64,000 bases of DNA from the NCBI GenBank assembly GCA_965200245.1, contig CBDATS010000004.1, positions 1,056,001 to 1,120,000 on the forward strand. Direction: 5' to 3'. The first letter of the stretch is position 1. The number at the start of each line of letters is the position of its first letter. This DNA comes from a bacterium. GTDB lineage: Bacteria; UBA8248. The notes beneath the pieces were generated by a model. It was not told the DNA's origin. It worked only from the letters and a program-made list of their open reading frames with translations, and ran no database searches. Shown one piece after another: positions 43,213 to 52,686 of the stretch. A program made the translations under genes and the position numbers.

Positions 43213-43962
43213 CTAATTTGGGAATCCCTCTCCACCCGCCTCGGCCTCGACGGCTTCGGCCATCTCCGCCATCGAAAAGAATATGAAATCGGTGGTCGGG
43301 ATCGTATCGACCTTCCCCGTCGACCCCCAGCTTCCTCCCTCGGAGAGCCTCTGGCGGTCGATCCAGGCATTGGCAAGACCGAATCGGTTCGCGGGCGCAT
43401 GGTCGTGACGCAGGCTTTGTGCGGTGTGCAGGATGTCCGTACGCTCGAGCCCGAAATCGGATTTCAGGTGCGAGAGGAGGTATTCGAAGTTTGCGTCGGC
43501 GGGCTTGTAGGAACCGATGTCCTCGGCGGTGTAGATCGCGTCGAACCCGACGCCGAGTTTCCGGTTCGAGGCGGCGAAACCATCCCGGTGGACGTTCGAG
43601 AGGATGACGAGCATATAACGCTGCTTCAAGACGCGCAGCGCGTCCGCTGTGTCGGGGAACGCGGGCCAAAATGGTACCGATGCACCGAATGCCTCATCGA
43701 GCGCATCGCCTGTTTCAAGCCCCAGGCTCTCCGCCATGCTCCGGTGCACTCGGGCCAGGAGATCGGGATAGCGAAGTTCGGGGGACGCGTGTTCGTGGTG
43801 GGCTTCCCATTTCGCGAAGGAAAGGAGTGCGGCGTCGCGCGTCACCTCGCCGTCACCGGTCATGATAAGAGGTTGCAAGGCGTCCCAGATTCCGCTCTCC
43901 CAGTCAATGAGCGTGCCGTAGCAATCGAACGTCAGTACCTTGTAATCGGTCAGGCGGGCCAT
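43213..43962 (-). CDS. Haloacid dehalogenase type II-like HAD hydrolase
   Basis: LTFDCYGTLIDWE, ILSNV, GSYKP, LHTAQSLRHD. Confidence 0.9.
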   Translation of the reverse strand: MARLTDYKVLTFDCYGTLIDWESGIWDALQPLIMTGDGEVTRDAALLSFAKWEAHHEHASPELRYPDLLARVHRSMAESLGLETGDALDEAFGASVPFWPAFPDTADALRVLKQRYMLVILSNVHRDGFAASNRKLGVGFDAIYTAEDIGSYKPADANFEYLLSHLKSDFGLERTDILHTAQSLRHDHAPANRFGLANAWIDRQRLSEGGSWGSTGKVDTIPTTDFIFFSMAEMAEAVEAEAGGEGFPN

Positions 43963-44314
43963 GGGTTCGGGCATCCTCGGGAAAGGGGTTCGAATACCTG
44001 GCACTGGCAAGTCCAGGTTATGTTCGGGCAAGGTATCTACGACCGCGTGCAGGGGATGTCAAGGGCTGCCTGGGAGGTGCGATACAACAGGGTCGCCCGG
44101 CGGTTGGATCTGTCTGTGTCAGATACCCGTCATTCATCAACCCGTTTGCATGGCAGAGCGGAATGTTTGTATAGTATGTGTGTTATCTTGGCTTGCCTGA
44201 TTGCATACAGTATACTTTTTGGGTGGTCCCGTCCCGCAGACGCAGGTTGGCGGAACCGGCCGATAATGAAAGTGTTTTTGCAGTTCTCTCATTACATTGC
44301 CTTTGGAGACGCCC

Positions 44315-45484
44315 ATGGCCGAAGAAAAACCCCGCCAATTCGTAGGAAGTGTGGAATTCAAGAAAGGTCTCGAAGGGGCCATAACGAACGAGAGTTCCAT
44401 CAGCTACGTGGATGGAGCGAACGGCAAGCTAATCTATCGCGGATACAGCATCGACGATCTCTGCGCCGGCGGCGGGGGATACGAGGAAACGGCCTATCTG
44501 CTTCTTTACGGAACACTCCCCACCCGGCTCGAACTCGATGCCTTCAATGCGGATCTGGCTTCCCGCCGGGCGATTCCCCCGCGGGTGAAGGGCCTGATCG
44601 TGCAGGTCGCCGATATCTGCCATCCCATGAGCACGCTGCGCACTGCCGTCTCCATGCTCGGGTGCCTGAATCCCAGGGAGTTCGAGGTGACGGTGGAGAA
44701 CAATTTCGACATCGCCCTCACGCTCACGGCGCAGTTCCCCACCCTCGTGGCGGCCATCCAGCGGGCGAGGCGGGGCGATTTCATGCTGGAACCCGACCCC
44801 TCGAAGGGGCTCTCCGAGGATTTCCTGCGCATGATGACGGGTGAGACGCCCGACGCCCGCACCGTGGAGGTGATGGACATGGCCCTCATCATCCACGCCG
44901 AGCACGGCATGAACGCCTCCACCTTCTCCTCGATGGTCACGAACAGTTCGCTCACGGATTTCTACAGTTCCATTGTCGCGGGCATCGGCTCGCTGAAGGG
45001 CCCCCTTCACGGCGGCGCGAACGAGGCCACCCTGCGCACGTTCCAGGAGATTGGAGACCCGGCCACGACGGAGGAATGGTTTGCGGCGGCGAAGCAAAAG
45101 AAAGTCAAGGTAATGGGCTTCGGCCACCGCGTGTACAAGGCATACGACCCGAGGGCACGCCTGTTCGACCCCATCGCCAGGGAATTCTCGGAACGCGCCG
45201 GCACGGGTCACCTCTACGAGATCGCGAAAAAGCTCGAAGCTCTCGTGGTAGCGGATCTGGGCGGCAGGGGCATTTTCCCCAACGTCGATTTTTTCTCGGG
45301 AATAATCTATGACGCCATGGGCATCGACACGGACATGTTCACGCCCATCTTTGCCGTGCCGCGCATCGCCGGGTGGTCGGCGCGCATTCTGGAGTATCTG
45401 CCCGAGAACCGGCTTTTCAGGCCTCGCGCGGTCTACATCGGCGACCTGGAGTCACAGTACACGCCGATTGCCGAGCGTGGCTAG
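44315..45484 (+). CDS. gltA: Citrate / 2-methylcitrate synthase
   Basis: AEHGMNAST, LKGPLHGGAN, MGFGHRVYK, PNVDF. Confidence 0.93.
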   Translation: MAEEKPRQFVGSVEFKKGLEGAITNESSISYVDGANGKLIYRGYSIDDLCAGGGGYEETAYLLLYGTLPTRLELDAFNADLASRRAIPPRVKGLIVQVADICHPMSTLRTAVSMLGCLNPREFEVTVENNFDIALTLTAQFPTLVAAIQRARRGDFMLEPDPSKGLSEDFLRMMTGETPDARTVEVMDMALIIHAEHGMNASTFSSMVTNSSLTDFYSSIVAGIGSLKGPLHGGANEATLRTFQEIGDPATTEEWFAAAKQKKVKVMGFGHRVYKAYDPRARLFDPIAREFSERAGTGHLYEIAKKLEALVVADLGGRGIFPNVDFFSGIIYDAMGIDTDMFTPIFAVPRIAGWSARILEYLPENRLFRPRAVYIGDLESQYTPIAERG

Positions 45485-45505
45485 ACAAAAACGCGAAAAC
45501 TCAAG

Positions 45506-45535
45506 GGCGGCTCCCGGGAGGGAGTCGCCTTTTTT
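45506..45535 (+). terminator. Rho-independent terminator
   Basis: GGCGGCTCCC-GGGA-GGGAGTCGCC followed by T6. Confidence 0.8.
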
Positions 45536-45576
45536 CGTCCGTTTCCTGTGTAACCCGAAACCGTGAAGGGGTCTCC

Positions 45577-45999
45577 GTGGCGTTCGAAGAGGGCTTTCTG
45601 GTCGAGACGAAAGGATGGACGGACGTTCTGAACGTCACGCCTCAGGTGGAACGCATTGTTTCGGCAAGCGGGGTGCAAAGCGGAATCGTCCTCGCCTTCA
45701 CGCCCGGATCGACGGCAGGCCTCACGACGATAGAGTATGAGCCGGGCGCGGTTTCGGATTTGAAGGACGCCGTCGCCCGCCTCGCGCCCGAGGGTATCGC
45801 CTATGCGCACGATGCGCGCTGGGGGGACGGGAACGGTTTCTCCCACGTGCGCGCCGCCCTGCTGGGGCCTAGCCTAGCACTTCCCGTCCGGGGAGGGACG
45901 CTCCTCACCGGAACGTGGCAGCAGATTGTCCTGATCGATTTCGACAATCGCCCGAGGAGCAGGCGTGTGGAGGTGCAGGTTCTGGGCGATGCGTCCTGA
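45577..45999 (+). CDS. yjbQ: YjbQ/UPF0047 family protein
   Basis: GSTAGLTTIEYE, GNGFSHVRAALLG, GTWQQIVLIDFD. Confidence 0.92.
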   Translation: MAFEEGFLVETKGWTDVLNVTPQVERIVSASGVQSGIVLAFTPGSTAGLTTIEYEPGAVSDLKDAVARLAPEGIAYAHDARWGDGNGFSHVRAALLGPSLALPVRGGTLLTGTWQQIVLIDFDNRPRSRRVEVQVLGDAS

Positions 46000-46080
46000 T
46001 CAATCCGCGCCGGTCTCGCACACGCCGGCACGTTGATCGGAAATCGTGACACCCGAATTCCGGCAGGGAAGCATGAACGG

Positions 46081-46515
46081 CTAGTCGTCGCCTTCTGCGA
46101 ATTCCTCGAAGGTGTAGAACAACCCATCCAGCACCCGCGCCGCCTGTTCGTCCACGCCCGGCTTGTCGAGGGGCAGGTCGATGGCGTAGCGGAACACGCC
46201 GTCGTGGTAGTGTTCCACCTTGTGCTCTTCTTCCTCGCCGGCTTCCTCCATGCCATCATAGATGAAATCGTCAATCGGGTCCTTGCTGTCGAGGATGGCG
46301 TGTTCGATGTCCTCGTTCATGTAGCGATCAGCGGTGGCGAAGCTGATCCGGAGCTTGCCCTCGGCTTCGTTCTTCTCGAACTCGAACCAGCAGACATCGT
46401 TCACGACAAGCCGGATGGATCGGCCCGCCGGATCGGGTTCGGGCGTGAAGCGGTCGTCTGCGGCGTAGCGTTTGATCATGCCTGTAATGATGTCAGCCAA
46501 AACGGAAGCCTCCAT
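46081..46515 (-). CDS. Acidic hypothetical protein
   Basis: 144-aa ORF with host-like codon usage; no recognised motif. Confidence 0.6.
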   Translation of the reverse strand: MEASVLADIITGMIKRYAADDRFTPEPDPAGRSIRLVVNDVCWFEFEKNEAEGKLRISFATADRYMNEDIEHAILDSKDPIDDFIYDGMEEAGEEEEHKVEHYHDGVFRYAIDLPLDKPGVDEQAARVLDGLFYTFEEFAEGDD

Positions 46516-46746
46516 GCACTCGGGTTTTTGGGAATGTGAAAAGCGTTCCTGCCTCGTTCGGGGGGAAATATAACTTGGAGTCCTCGTTTCGCCAAGCGGC
46601 GCCTTGGCCCGAAAACCCGGGGTTGCCCTGTCACGGCGGCCGTTCGTTGCAGGAGAGGTCCGGCAGCGTTCCCGAAACGCGAAGGGGGTGAACGGCGCGC
46701 CATTCGGGCAACTCCGCTCACCCCCAGTGCAGCCTGGGTTTTCAGC

Positions 46747-47727
46747 CTATTTCTTCATCGTCATGTCTTTGATGAGTTGCGTATAGGCGTCGTAATTCGG
46801 TTTTCTGGTCTTCTCGTAGTCGCCACCGCTCATGAACTGCACGCCTTCGCCGATACTGCGCATGAAGCGCTTGAAGGACTTGTTCTTCGTGAGCTTCACG
46901 AAGGCCTCCCGCAGGGTTTTCAGCCTGTCGGCGGGCGTCTTGGAAGGCGCAAAGAAGACGCGATCCATCTTGAAGCCCACTCCCTTGTAGCCGAGTTCCT
47001 CCGTGGTGGGGACATCCTTGAAATCCTTGTCCTTCGATAGGCGCTTGTTGCCTGTGAGCGCGAGCACGGTGACCTTCCCGGCCTTTTTGTGGGGGCGAAG
47101 CTGGGTCGGGAAGGCGATGCCCACATCGTCCTGGCCCGAGAGGACGGCGCGCAGCGCCGGACCGCCACCTTTGTGCGGGATGAAATTCACCTTGATGCCC
47201 GCAGCGCGCACGAACTGCATGGAGGGCACGTGACCGGCACCCCAGACACCGCTGTGGCCCCAGTTGACCTTGCCGGGGTTTTTCTTGGCGTGCGCGACGA
47301 ATTCCTTCATGGATTTCCACGGCCTGTCTGCCAGGGAGAAGAACACCGGCTGCGCGTGGTTGATCTTGGCGACGGCCGAAAGGTCGCGCATCGTGTTGAA
47401 GGGCACCTTGCGCGTTTGCGGCACGAGTTGGTCGAAGCCGTTGTGGCTGAATAACAGGGTGTAGCCGTCCGCCTTGGCCTTGGCGACGAAACCGGTGCCC
47501 TTCATGCCCGCGCCGCCTGGCACGAGTTTCACGACCATGGGCTGGCCAAGGATGTCGGCGATGATGCTGGTGATGCCACGCGCGTGGAGGTCGTGGCTGC
47601 CGCCCGCACTCACCGGCAGGACAAGCGTGATGGGCCGATCCGGGTAGGCCGCCGTGCTCGCGGCAGGCGCGCCCAGCGAGACGACGAGGCCCAGGATGGC
47701 CAGGATGACGAAGAAGCGTCTTTTCAT
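46747..47727 (-). CDS. tctC: Tripartite tricarboxylate transporter substrate-binding protein (Bug/TctC)
   Basis: Signal peptide; YPDRPITLVLP...GG..D, KADGYTLL, IPHKGGG, DVPT..ELG. Confidence 0.92.
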   Translation of the reverse strand: MKRRFFVILAILGLVVSLGAPAASTAAYPDRPITLVLPVSAGGSHDLHARGITSIIADILGQPMVVKLVPGGAGMKGTGFVAKAKADGYTLLFSHNGFDQLVPQTRKVPFNTMRDLSAVAKINHAQPVFFSLADRPWKSMKEFVAHAKKNPGKVNWGHSGVWGAGHVPSMQFVRAAGIKVNFIPHKGGGPALRAVLSGQDDVGIAFPTQLRPHKKAGKVTVLALTGNKRLSKDKDFKDVPTTEELGYKGVGFKMDRVFFAPSKTPADRLKTLREAFVKLTKNKSFKRFMRSIGEGVQFMSGGDYEKTRKPNYDAYTQLIKDMTMKK

Positions 47728-47753
47728 GATGGTCTCCTTTGATGAACGTGCCC

Positions 47754-49259
47754 TCATGAGACGGCGTGCCCCCTGGCCCGCCGCCACATCGGGCGAAAAA
47801 TGAGGTAAACGATCCATGCCAGCGCCGCTACCAGGAAAGCGGACGCTATCGGCCTTTCGAAAAACAGGTACGACAACGGGGCGCCCTTCGCGTACAGCAT
47901 CGACTGGCTCAGGCGGTATTCTATCGGCTCGGCCAGCACGAAGGCGATGATGAGAGGCGCCAGATCGAACTTGAACTTCCTTAGAATATAGGCGCATACG
48001 CCGATGATGACCATCAGTATCACGTCGGTGTTCGCTCCCGTAGAGAGCGTGCCCACGAAAGCGAGCGCCACGATGACGGGGATGAGATACGCCTTTTTGA
48101 ACTGAATGGCTCGGGCGAAAGGCTTGAGCAGGACGTAGCCCAGGAAGAAGAACAGCACGTTCGCCAGCACCATCGTGAGAATGAGCGCGTACATGAGCGC
48201 GCCCTGTTCCTGGAATATCTGGGGTCCGGGCCGCATGCCGTGGGCCACGAACGCGCCGAGCAGGATGGCCGTCACGTTGTCTCCCGGAATGCCGAGCGTC
48301 AGCAAGGGAACCAGCGTGGGACCGTTCACGGCGTTGTTGGCGGCCTCGGGTGCTGCGATGCCGTCGAGTTCGCCCTTGCCGAAGTTCTCGGGCGTCTTCG
48401 AGGCACGCTTCGCCGCACTGTAGCCGATGAAGGCGGCCACCACCTGTCCCACCCCCGGCACCATACCGATGCCCGTTCCAATGGCGGTCGAGCGCAAGAT
48501 GGAACGGATCGACGCCTTGAACTCGCGCCAGCGCAGACGTTCTCCCGTCCTGGAGAGGTCCACGTGTTCGCCGATGAAGCGCACCGTGCGCGATTCGACC
48601 GCCTCGAGTATTTCCGGCATCGCGAAGATGCCGATGGCCAGCGGGATGAGAGGAATGCCCCCGCTCAGGGCTTCCAGGCCGAACGTCATGCGTGTGGCGC
48701 CGGTGGTGGCGTCGGTGCCGATGAAGCCCAACCCCATGCCGATGCAGGCGGCGATGGCTCCCTTGAGCCCTGAATCGCTCGAGACGCTCGCAATGAGCAC
48801 GAGCGAAAAGATGATGACGGCGAACACCTCGGGCGGACCGATGAGCAGCGTGATGATGGCGATGGGGCCGATCAGCGCCAAGGTGAAGACGTCGGACACC
48901 GTATCGGCGATGGTGGAAGAGAACAGCGCCATCTCGAGCGCCTTTCGCCCCTCGCCCTTGCGGGTGAGCGCGGGACCGTCGAAGGTCGTGGCAATGGATG
49001 CGCCCGTTCCCGGAATACCGACCAGAATCGCCGGGATGCTGCCCCCGTAGATGCCGCCCTTGTAGATGCCAATCAGAAACGGGATGCCGAGCATGGGTTC
49101 GAGCTTGAAGGAAATCGGCAGGAGGACCGACATGGCGAGAATGGTGGTGAGACCCGGCATCGCGCCCACGAACATGCCGATGGTCAATCCTGCGCAAATG
49201 TAGAGATAGGTGTCCACGCGCATCAAGAGAGCGAAGGCCTGAAGGAAAGCGTCGAGCAA
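47754..49259 (-). CDS. tctA: Tripartite tricarboxylate transporter large permease
   Basis: GAMPGL, GGSIPAIL.GIPG, PEAANNA, LTLGIPG. Confidence 0.95.
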   Translation of the reverse strand: MLDAFLQAFALLMRVDTYLYICAGLTIGMFVGAMPGLTTILAMSVLLPISFKLEPMLGIPFLIGIYKGGIYGGSIPAILVGIPGTGASIATTFDGPALTRKGEGRKALEMALFSSTIADTVSDVFTLALIGPIAIITLLIGPPEVFAVIIFSLVLIASVSSDSGLKGAIAACIGMGLGFIGTDATTGATRMTFGLEALSGGIPLIPLAIGIFAMPEILEAVESRTVRFIGEHVDLSRTGERLRWREFKASIRSILRSTAIGTGIGMVPGVGQVVAAFIGYSAAKRASKTPENFGKGELDGIAAPEAANNAVNGPTLVPLLTLGIPGDNVTAILLGAFVAHGMRPGPQIFQEQGALMYALILTMVLANVLFFFLGYVLLKPFARAIQFKKAYLIPVIVALAFVGTLSTGANTDVILMVIIGVCAYILRKFKFDLAPLIIAFVLAEPIEYRLSQSMLYAKGAPLSYLFFERPIASAFLVAALAWIVYLIFRPMWRRARGHAVS

Positions 49260-49271
49260 GACAGGGCCTCC

Positions 49272-49850
49272 CTATTTTCCCAGGAATATGCCGGACAGAA
49301 ACTTCATGATCACATCCTCGACCACGGCGATGGCCTCGTAATCGCTCCTCGGCAGCGAGATGAGCAACATCCTCTCGAAGACGAAGCGCACGACGATGGG
49401 CATCAGGATGGAGACGGGGGCGACGATCCATATTTGCCGTATACCCAGATACCAGATGACCACGCCTGCCATCAAAAGCGTCGACAGACCGTAGCCAAGT
49501 GCAGAGACCAGAAGGGAATAGGCGGTGATGACGGCGATCATCAGCACCCCGCGCCGGAAGCGTTCCGCTTCGCCCGGATCCTCGGCGGACTGGACGTGGC
49601 GTGCCCTTTGCCAGGCACCGATCAGGTAGAACCCGCACAGGACGGCGAGCACGGCGAAGGCGAGTCTCGGGAAGAAAACGGGCGTGAGGCGCAGGAAATC
49701 CTGCGCAGAGGATATGCCACCCGACGCGATGAAGTAGGGCATGAAGATCGCGAACCCCGCCGCGAGGAGCGTCATCGCCGCGGCCAGGCAAATCTCCATT
49801 CGCAGCATCGCGGGGCTTGGCGTGTCCGCCGATTCGTTGTCCGAAGACAT
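49272..49850 (-). CDS. tctB: Tripartite tricarboxylate transporter small permease
   Basis: P..FPR motif, 4-5 TM helices, F...L...LP; upstream of tctA. Confidence 0.85.
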   Translation of the reverse strand: MSSDNESADTPSPAMLRMEICLAAAMTLLAAGFAIFMPYFIASGGISSAQDFLRLTPVFFPRLAFAVLAVLCGFYLIGAWQRARHVQSAEDPGEAERFRRGVLMIAVITAYSLLVSALGYGLSTLLMAGVVIWYLGIRQIWIVAPVSILMPIVVRFVFERMLLISLPRSDYEAIAVVEDVIMKFLSGIFLGK

Positions 49851-50040
49851 GGACCGTCCTATCGTATGAGGTCGTATTGTTCCCGCCGACCCGGGAGCGT
49901 TCCCCATCGTCTGATGAAGTGGTTTCGTTCCAGGGATTCTCGTATTATTCACCAAATGGATTGCAGGGGCAAACTTTCATCCCATTCGTTCACGAGCGCG
50001 CACCGCGTGCGCAAACCGAAGTTTCCAGGAGAGACATTTC

Positions 50041-50424
50041 ATGAAAATCATCAATTCCATGAGTGTGGACAAGGACAACGTCTACGAGCCTCCCTATTCC
50101 ATCATGTGGGGAGTGAACGACGAGACGACAGACACGAAGGTCATGACCATGCAGCGCACCATCATCCCCCCCGGCGGGAAGAACAAGATGCACACCCACA
50201 CGTGCGATGCGGTATTTTATGTGAACAAGGGGCCGATATACGTTTATTGTGGAGATCCGGCGAATCCCGAGAAGCATCTGGTCGAGGCAGGGCATTTCTG
50301 CTACGCGCCCGCCGGCGAACCGCACGGACAGGAGAACCCGAGCCAAACGGAACCCGCCGAACTCATCGCCACCTACGGGAACTGCTCCCACCAGGACAAG
50401 GCGGGCACGACCTTCGTGGAGTAG
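50041..50424 (+). CDS. Cupin-domain protein
   Basis: PPGGKNKMHTH...FYVNKG...G...YAPAGEPH; GGAG RBS. Confidence 0.85.
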   Translation: MKIINSMSVDKDNVYEPPYSIMWGVNDETTDTKVMTMQRTIIPPGGKNKMHTHTCDAVFYVNKGPIYVYCGDPANPEKHLVEAGHFCYAPAGEPHGQENPSQTEPAELIATYGNCSHQDKAGTTFVE

Positions 50425-50459
50425 CTTTCCGATCAATCCCATAACTATGGAGTCACGAG

Positions 50460-51200
50460 ATGGATCGAGGAATATGGGCGTCCTGGTACGATCTGCCCGA
50501 AGACAGAAGAGACGACTACTGCGCCTGGCTGCACGGGTGTCACCTGCCCGCCATACGGCAGCGGGCGGGCTTTCTCTGGGCGGCGCACTATGAAGTCACA
50601 GGCGGCGGGGCGCAGATGGACGAGGTGAAGAACACAGCCCTCACCTATGCGACGCCCGATACGCTTCCCGGCGGCACGCAGTACGTGCTGCTGTTCGGGG
50701 CGGTCTCGCCACACGTCTTTTTCGACCCCACGCTGGCGGATCTCGCGAAAGGACACGATGAAGAGACGAGGGCCATGCTGGGCCTTCGCGAGGGGTATCG
50801 CGAGTGCATATTCAGCGAGGAAACGCGCGTGGACGGTCCCTCCGTGAACTCAAGAGGTCCCGGCATCACGCCCGGACCTGCAATCCAGATGGGGCAGTTT
50901 CTCGCGCAGGATGCGGAGGCGGAACACGACCTCGGCGCCTGGTACGCGCAGTATCGCCTGAAATTCATGGAACAGATGCCCGGCTGTATCGGCACCCGGA
51001 AGCTGCTCTCCGCCGCAGGCTGGGCCAAGCACTCGATTCTGTATGAGTTCACCTCGATCGAGGCGAGGGAGGAAGGTTTCCAGAAGCACGAGAGTCTTTC
51101 GCTCGATGAGAGCGGCTGGTCGGGCCGGGTGGTGAGAACGCTTGTCCACGCACCCGGCAGCCCCAGTGTGGCCCGTCGCCTCTGGCCGCCCGTGAACTGA
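50460..51200 (+). CDS. Hypothetical protein with tandem dimeric alpha/beta-barrel (EthD/DUF4286-like) domains
   Basis: WLHGCHLP...AGF and WYAQYRL..MEQMPGC...LYE repeats; similar architecture to 14846..15550. Confidence 0.65.
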   Translation: MDRGIWASWYDLPEDRRDDYCAWLHGCHLPAIRQRAGFLWAAHYEVTGGGAQMDEVKNTALTYATPDTLPGGTQYVLLFGAVSPHVFFDPTLADLAKGHDEETRAMLGLREGYRECIFSEETRVDGPSVNSRGPGITPGPAIQMGQFLAQDAEAEHDLGAWYAQYRLKFMEQMPGCIGTRKLLSAAGWAKHSILYEFTSIEAREEGFQKHESLSLDESGWSGRVVRTLVHAPGSPSVARRLWPPVN

Positions 51201-51231
51201 ACCTTGAAACCCGGATCAGGAGGAAATCCCG

Positions 51232-51933
51232 ATGGCGCAACTACCGATTCTGAGTGATGAGGAGGCCGGCCCCGAGGCCGCCGTGGTGTTCGACGCGAGC
51301 CGCAAGATGTTCGGACGCGTGGCGAACGCCATCCGCGTGAGTTCGGCCAGCCCGAGAATGCTTCAGCCGCTTTTCGGTTTTCTGATCTCGCTGTGCCGGG
51401 CGGAAATCACCGATGTGCTGGACGCAAGGACAAAGGCGCTGCTCATTCTCAAGACCTCGATGGAAAACGGGTGCAAGTACTGAACGGCGCACAACGTCAC
51501 GTTCGGTCGAGCGTGCGGGCTGTCGGATGCGCAAATCGACGCCCTGAGGGACGACGCCTATCAGGAATCGGACCTGTTCACGGACCCGGAGAAGGCGGTC
51601 ATCGCCTGGGCCTATCACCTGACGAAATACACTTTCGCCAGGCACCCCGAAGCTCTCGAGAATATGAAGAAGCATTTCGATCACGCCCAGATCGTCGAGG
51701 CGACGCTGGTGTCTGGCTATTTCAACATGTGGAACCGTTTCACCGACGCGCTCGAGACCGATCTCGAGGGCGATGACCAGATGACCCTGTTTACCAAATC
51801 CGCCGTGATCGACAGGGATGTCTTCGCGGAGTTCATGAACGAGTGCTGGTGGGCGCAAGAGGACACAGCCAGGGAGGAGAAAAAACACTCTCCGCTTCCG
51901 CCGGTTCAGGAGCGTGATTTGCCAAGTTCCTGA
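51232..51933 (+). CDS. AhpD/carboxymuconolactone-decarboxylase family selenoprotein (CKYU), 233 aa
   Basis: ORFs 51232..51483 and 51664..51933 share a frame separated only by TGA 51481; NGCKY*TAH matches the family CxYC..H motif; downstream QIVEAT..SGYFNMWNRF. Confidence 0.85.
51498..51515 (+). promoter_or_regulatory. Putative bacterial SECIS hairpin
   Basis: CACGTTC-GGTC-GAGCGTG stem-loop; loop 22-25 nt after the UGA. Confidence 0.7.
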
Positions 51934-51960
51934 GAAGCGCCTTGCGGATTCGCCCGGCGG

Positions 51961-52686
51961 TCAGACGCCCAGGAAGCGGGACTTGATCTCCTCGTTATCG
52001 GCGAGTTCTCCCGGGGTGGACGAGTGGACCACGCGCCCCCGGTTCAGCACGTGCACGTAATCGCACGAACCGAGCGCGAACTTCATGTTCTGCTCGACCA
52101 GCAGGATGGCGAGCCTGCTCTCCTTGAGTTTCGACAGGGTCTCCCCCATCGCGCGTACCAGAAGTGGTGCTAGCCCTTCGGTCGGTTCATCCAGAAGGAG
52201 CATCCTGGGGTTCGTCATCAGCGAACGGGCGAAGGCCAGCATCTGCTGCTCCCCACCGCTTAGCTGGTTGCCCATGTTGCGTAGGCGTTCCTTGAGGCGC
52301 GGGAACAGAGCAAGCACTCGATCCATATCCCAGGGTTCATCACTGCTCCCGGCGGTGCCTTGCTTCTCGCCGAGCAGGAGGTTCTCCATCACGGTGAGCG
52401 AAGGGAAAATCCGCCGTCCCTGAGGCACGAGCGCCACACCGAGGTTCACAATCTCGTGCGGCTGCAGCGTCGTGATGTCCGTGCCGTCGAACGTCACTTT
52501 TCCCTTGCGTGGTTTCATGAACCCGATGATCGAACGTATGAGCGTGGTCTTGCCCATGCCGTTTCGGCCCAGAACAGCCATCACCTGCCCCTCTGCGATC
52601 TCGAGGGAAAGCCCCTGCAGGACATAGCTGTCCCCGTAATAAGTGTGGATGTCGTCCACTTTGAGCATCGGGTCGTTATCAGTCAT
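51961..52686 (-). CDS. livF: Branched-chain amino acid-type ABC ATPase
   Basis: GRNGMGKT, VPQGRRIF, LSGGEQQML, VEQN. Confidence 0.9.
   Translation of the reverse strand: MTDNDPMLKVDDIHTYYGDSYVLQGLSLEIAEGQVMAVLGRNGMGKTTLIRSIIGFMKPRKGKVTFDGTDITTLQPHEIVNLGVALVPQGRRIFPSLTVMENLLLGEKQGTAGSSDEPWDMDRVLALFPRLKERLRNMGNQLSGGEQQMLAFARSLMTNPRMLLLDEPTEGLAPLLVRAMGETLSKLKESRLAILLVEQNMKFALGSCDYVHVLNRGRVVHSSTPGELADNEEIKSRFLGV

Noticed and set aside
43099-44844. 581-aa ORF and similar long antisense or off-frame ORFs throughout the window
   Set aside because: Shadow frames of real genes (HAD, gltA, ABC genes) with Arg/Gly-rich, motif-free translations
46747-49791. 1014-aa ORF
   Set aside because: Only the last ~326 aa (TctC) are real; the rest is an off-frame overlap of tctA/tctB typical of high-GC DNA
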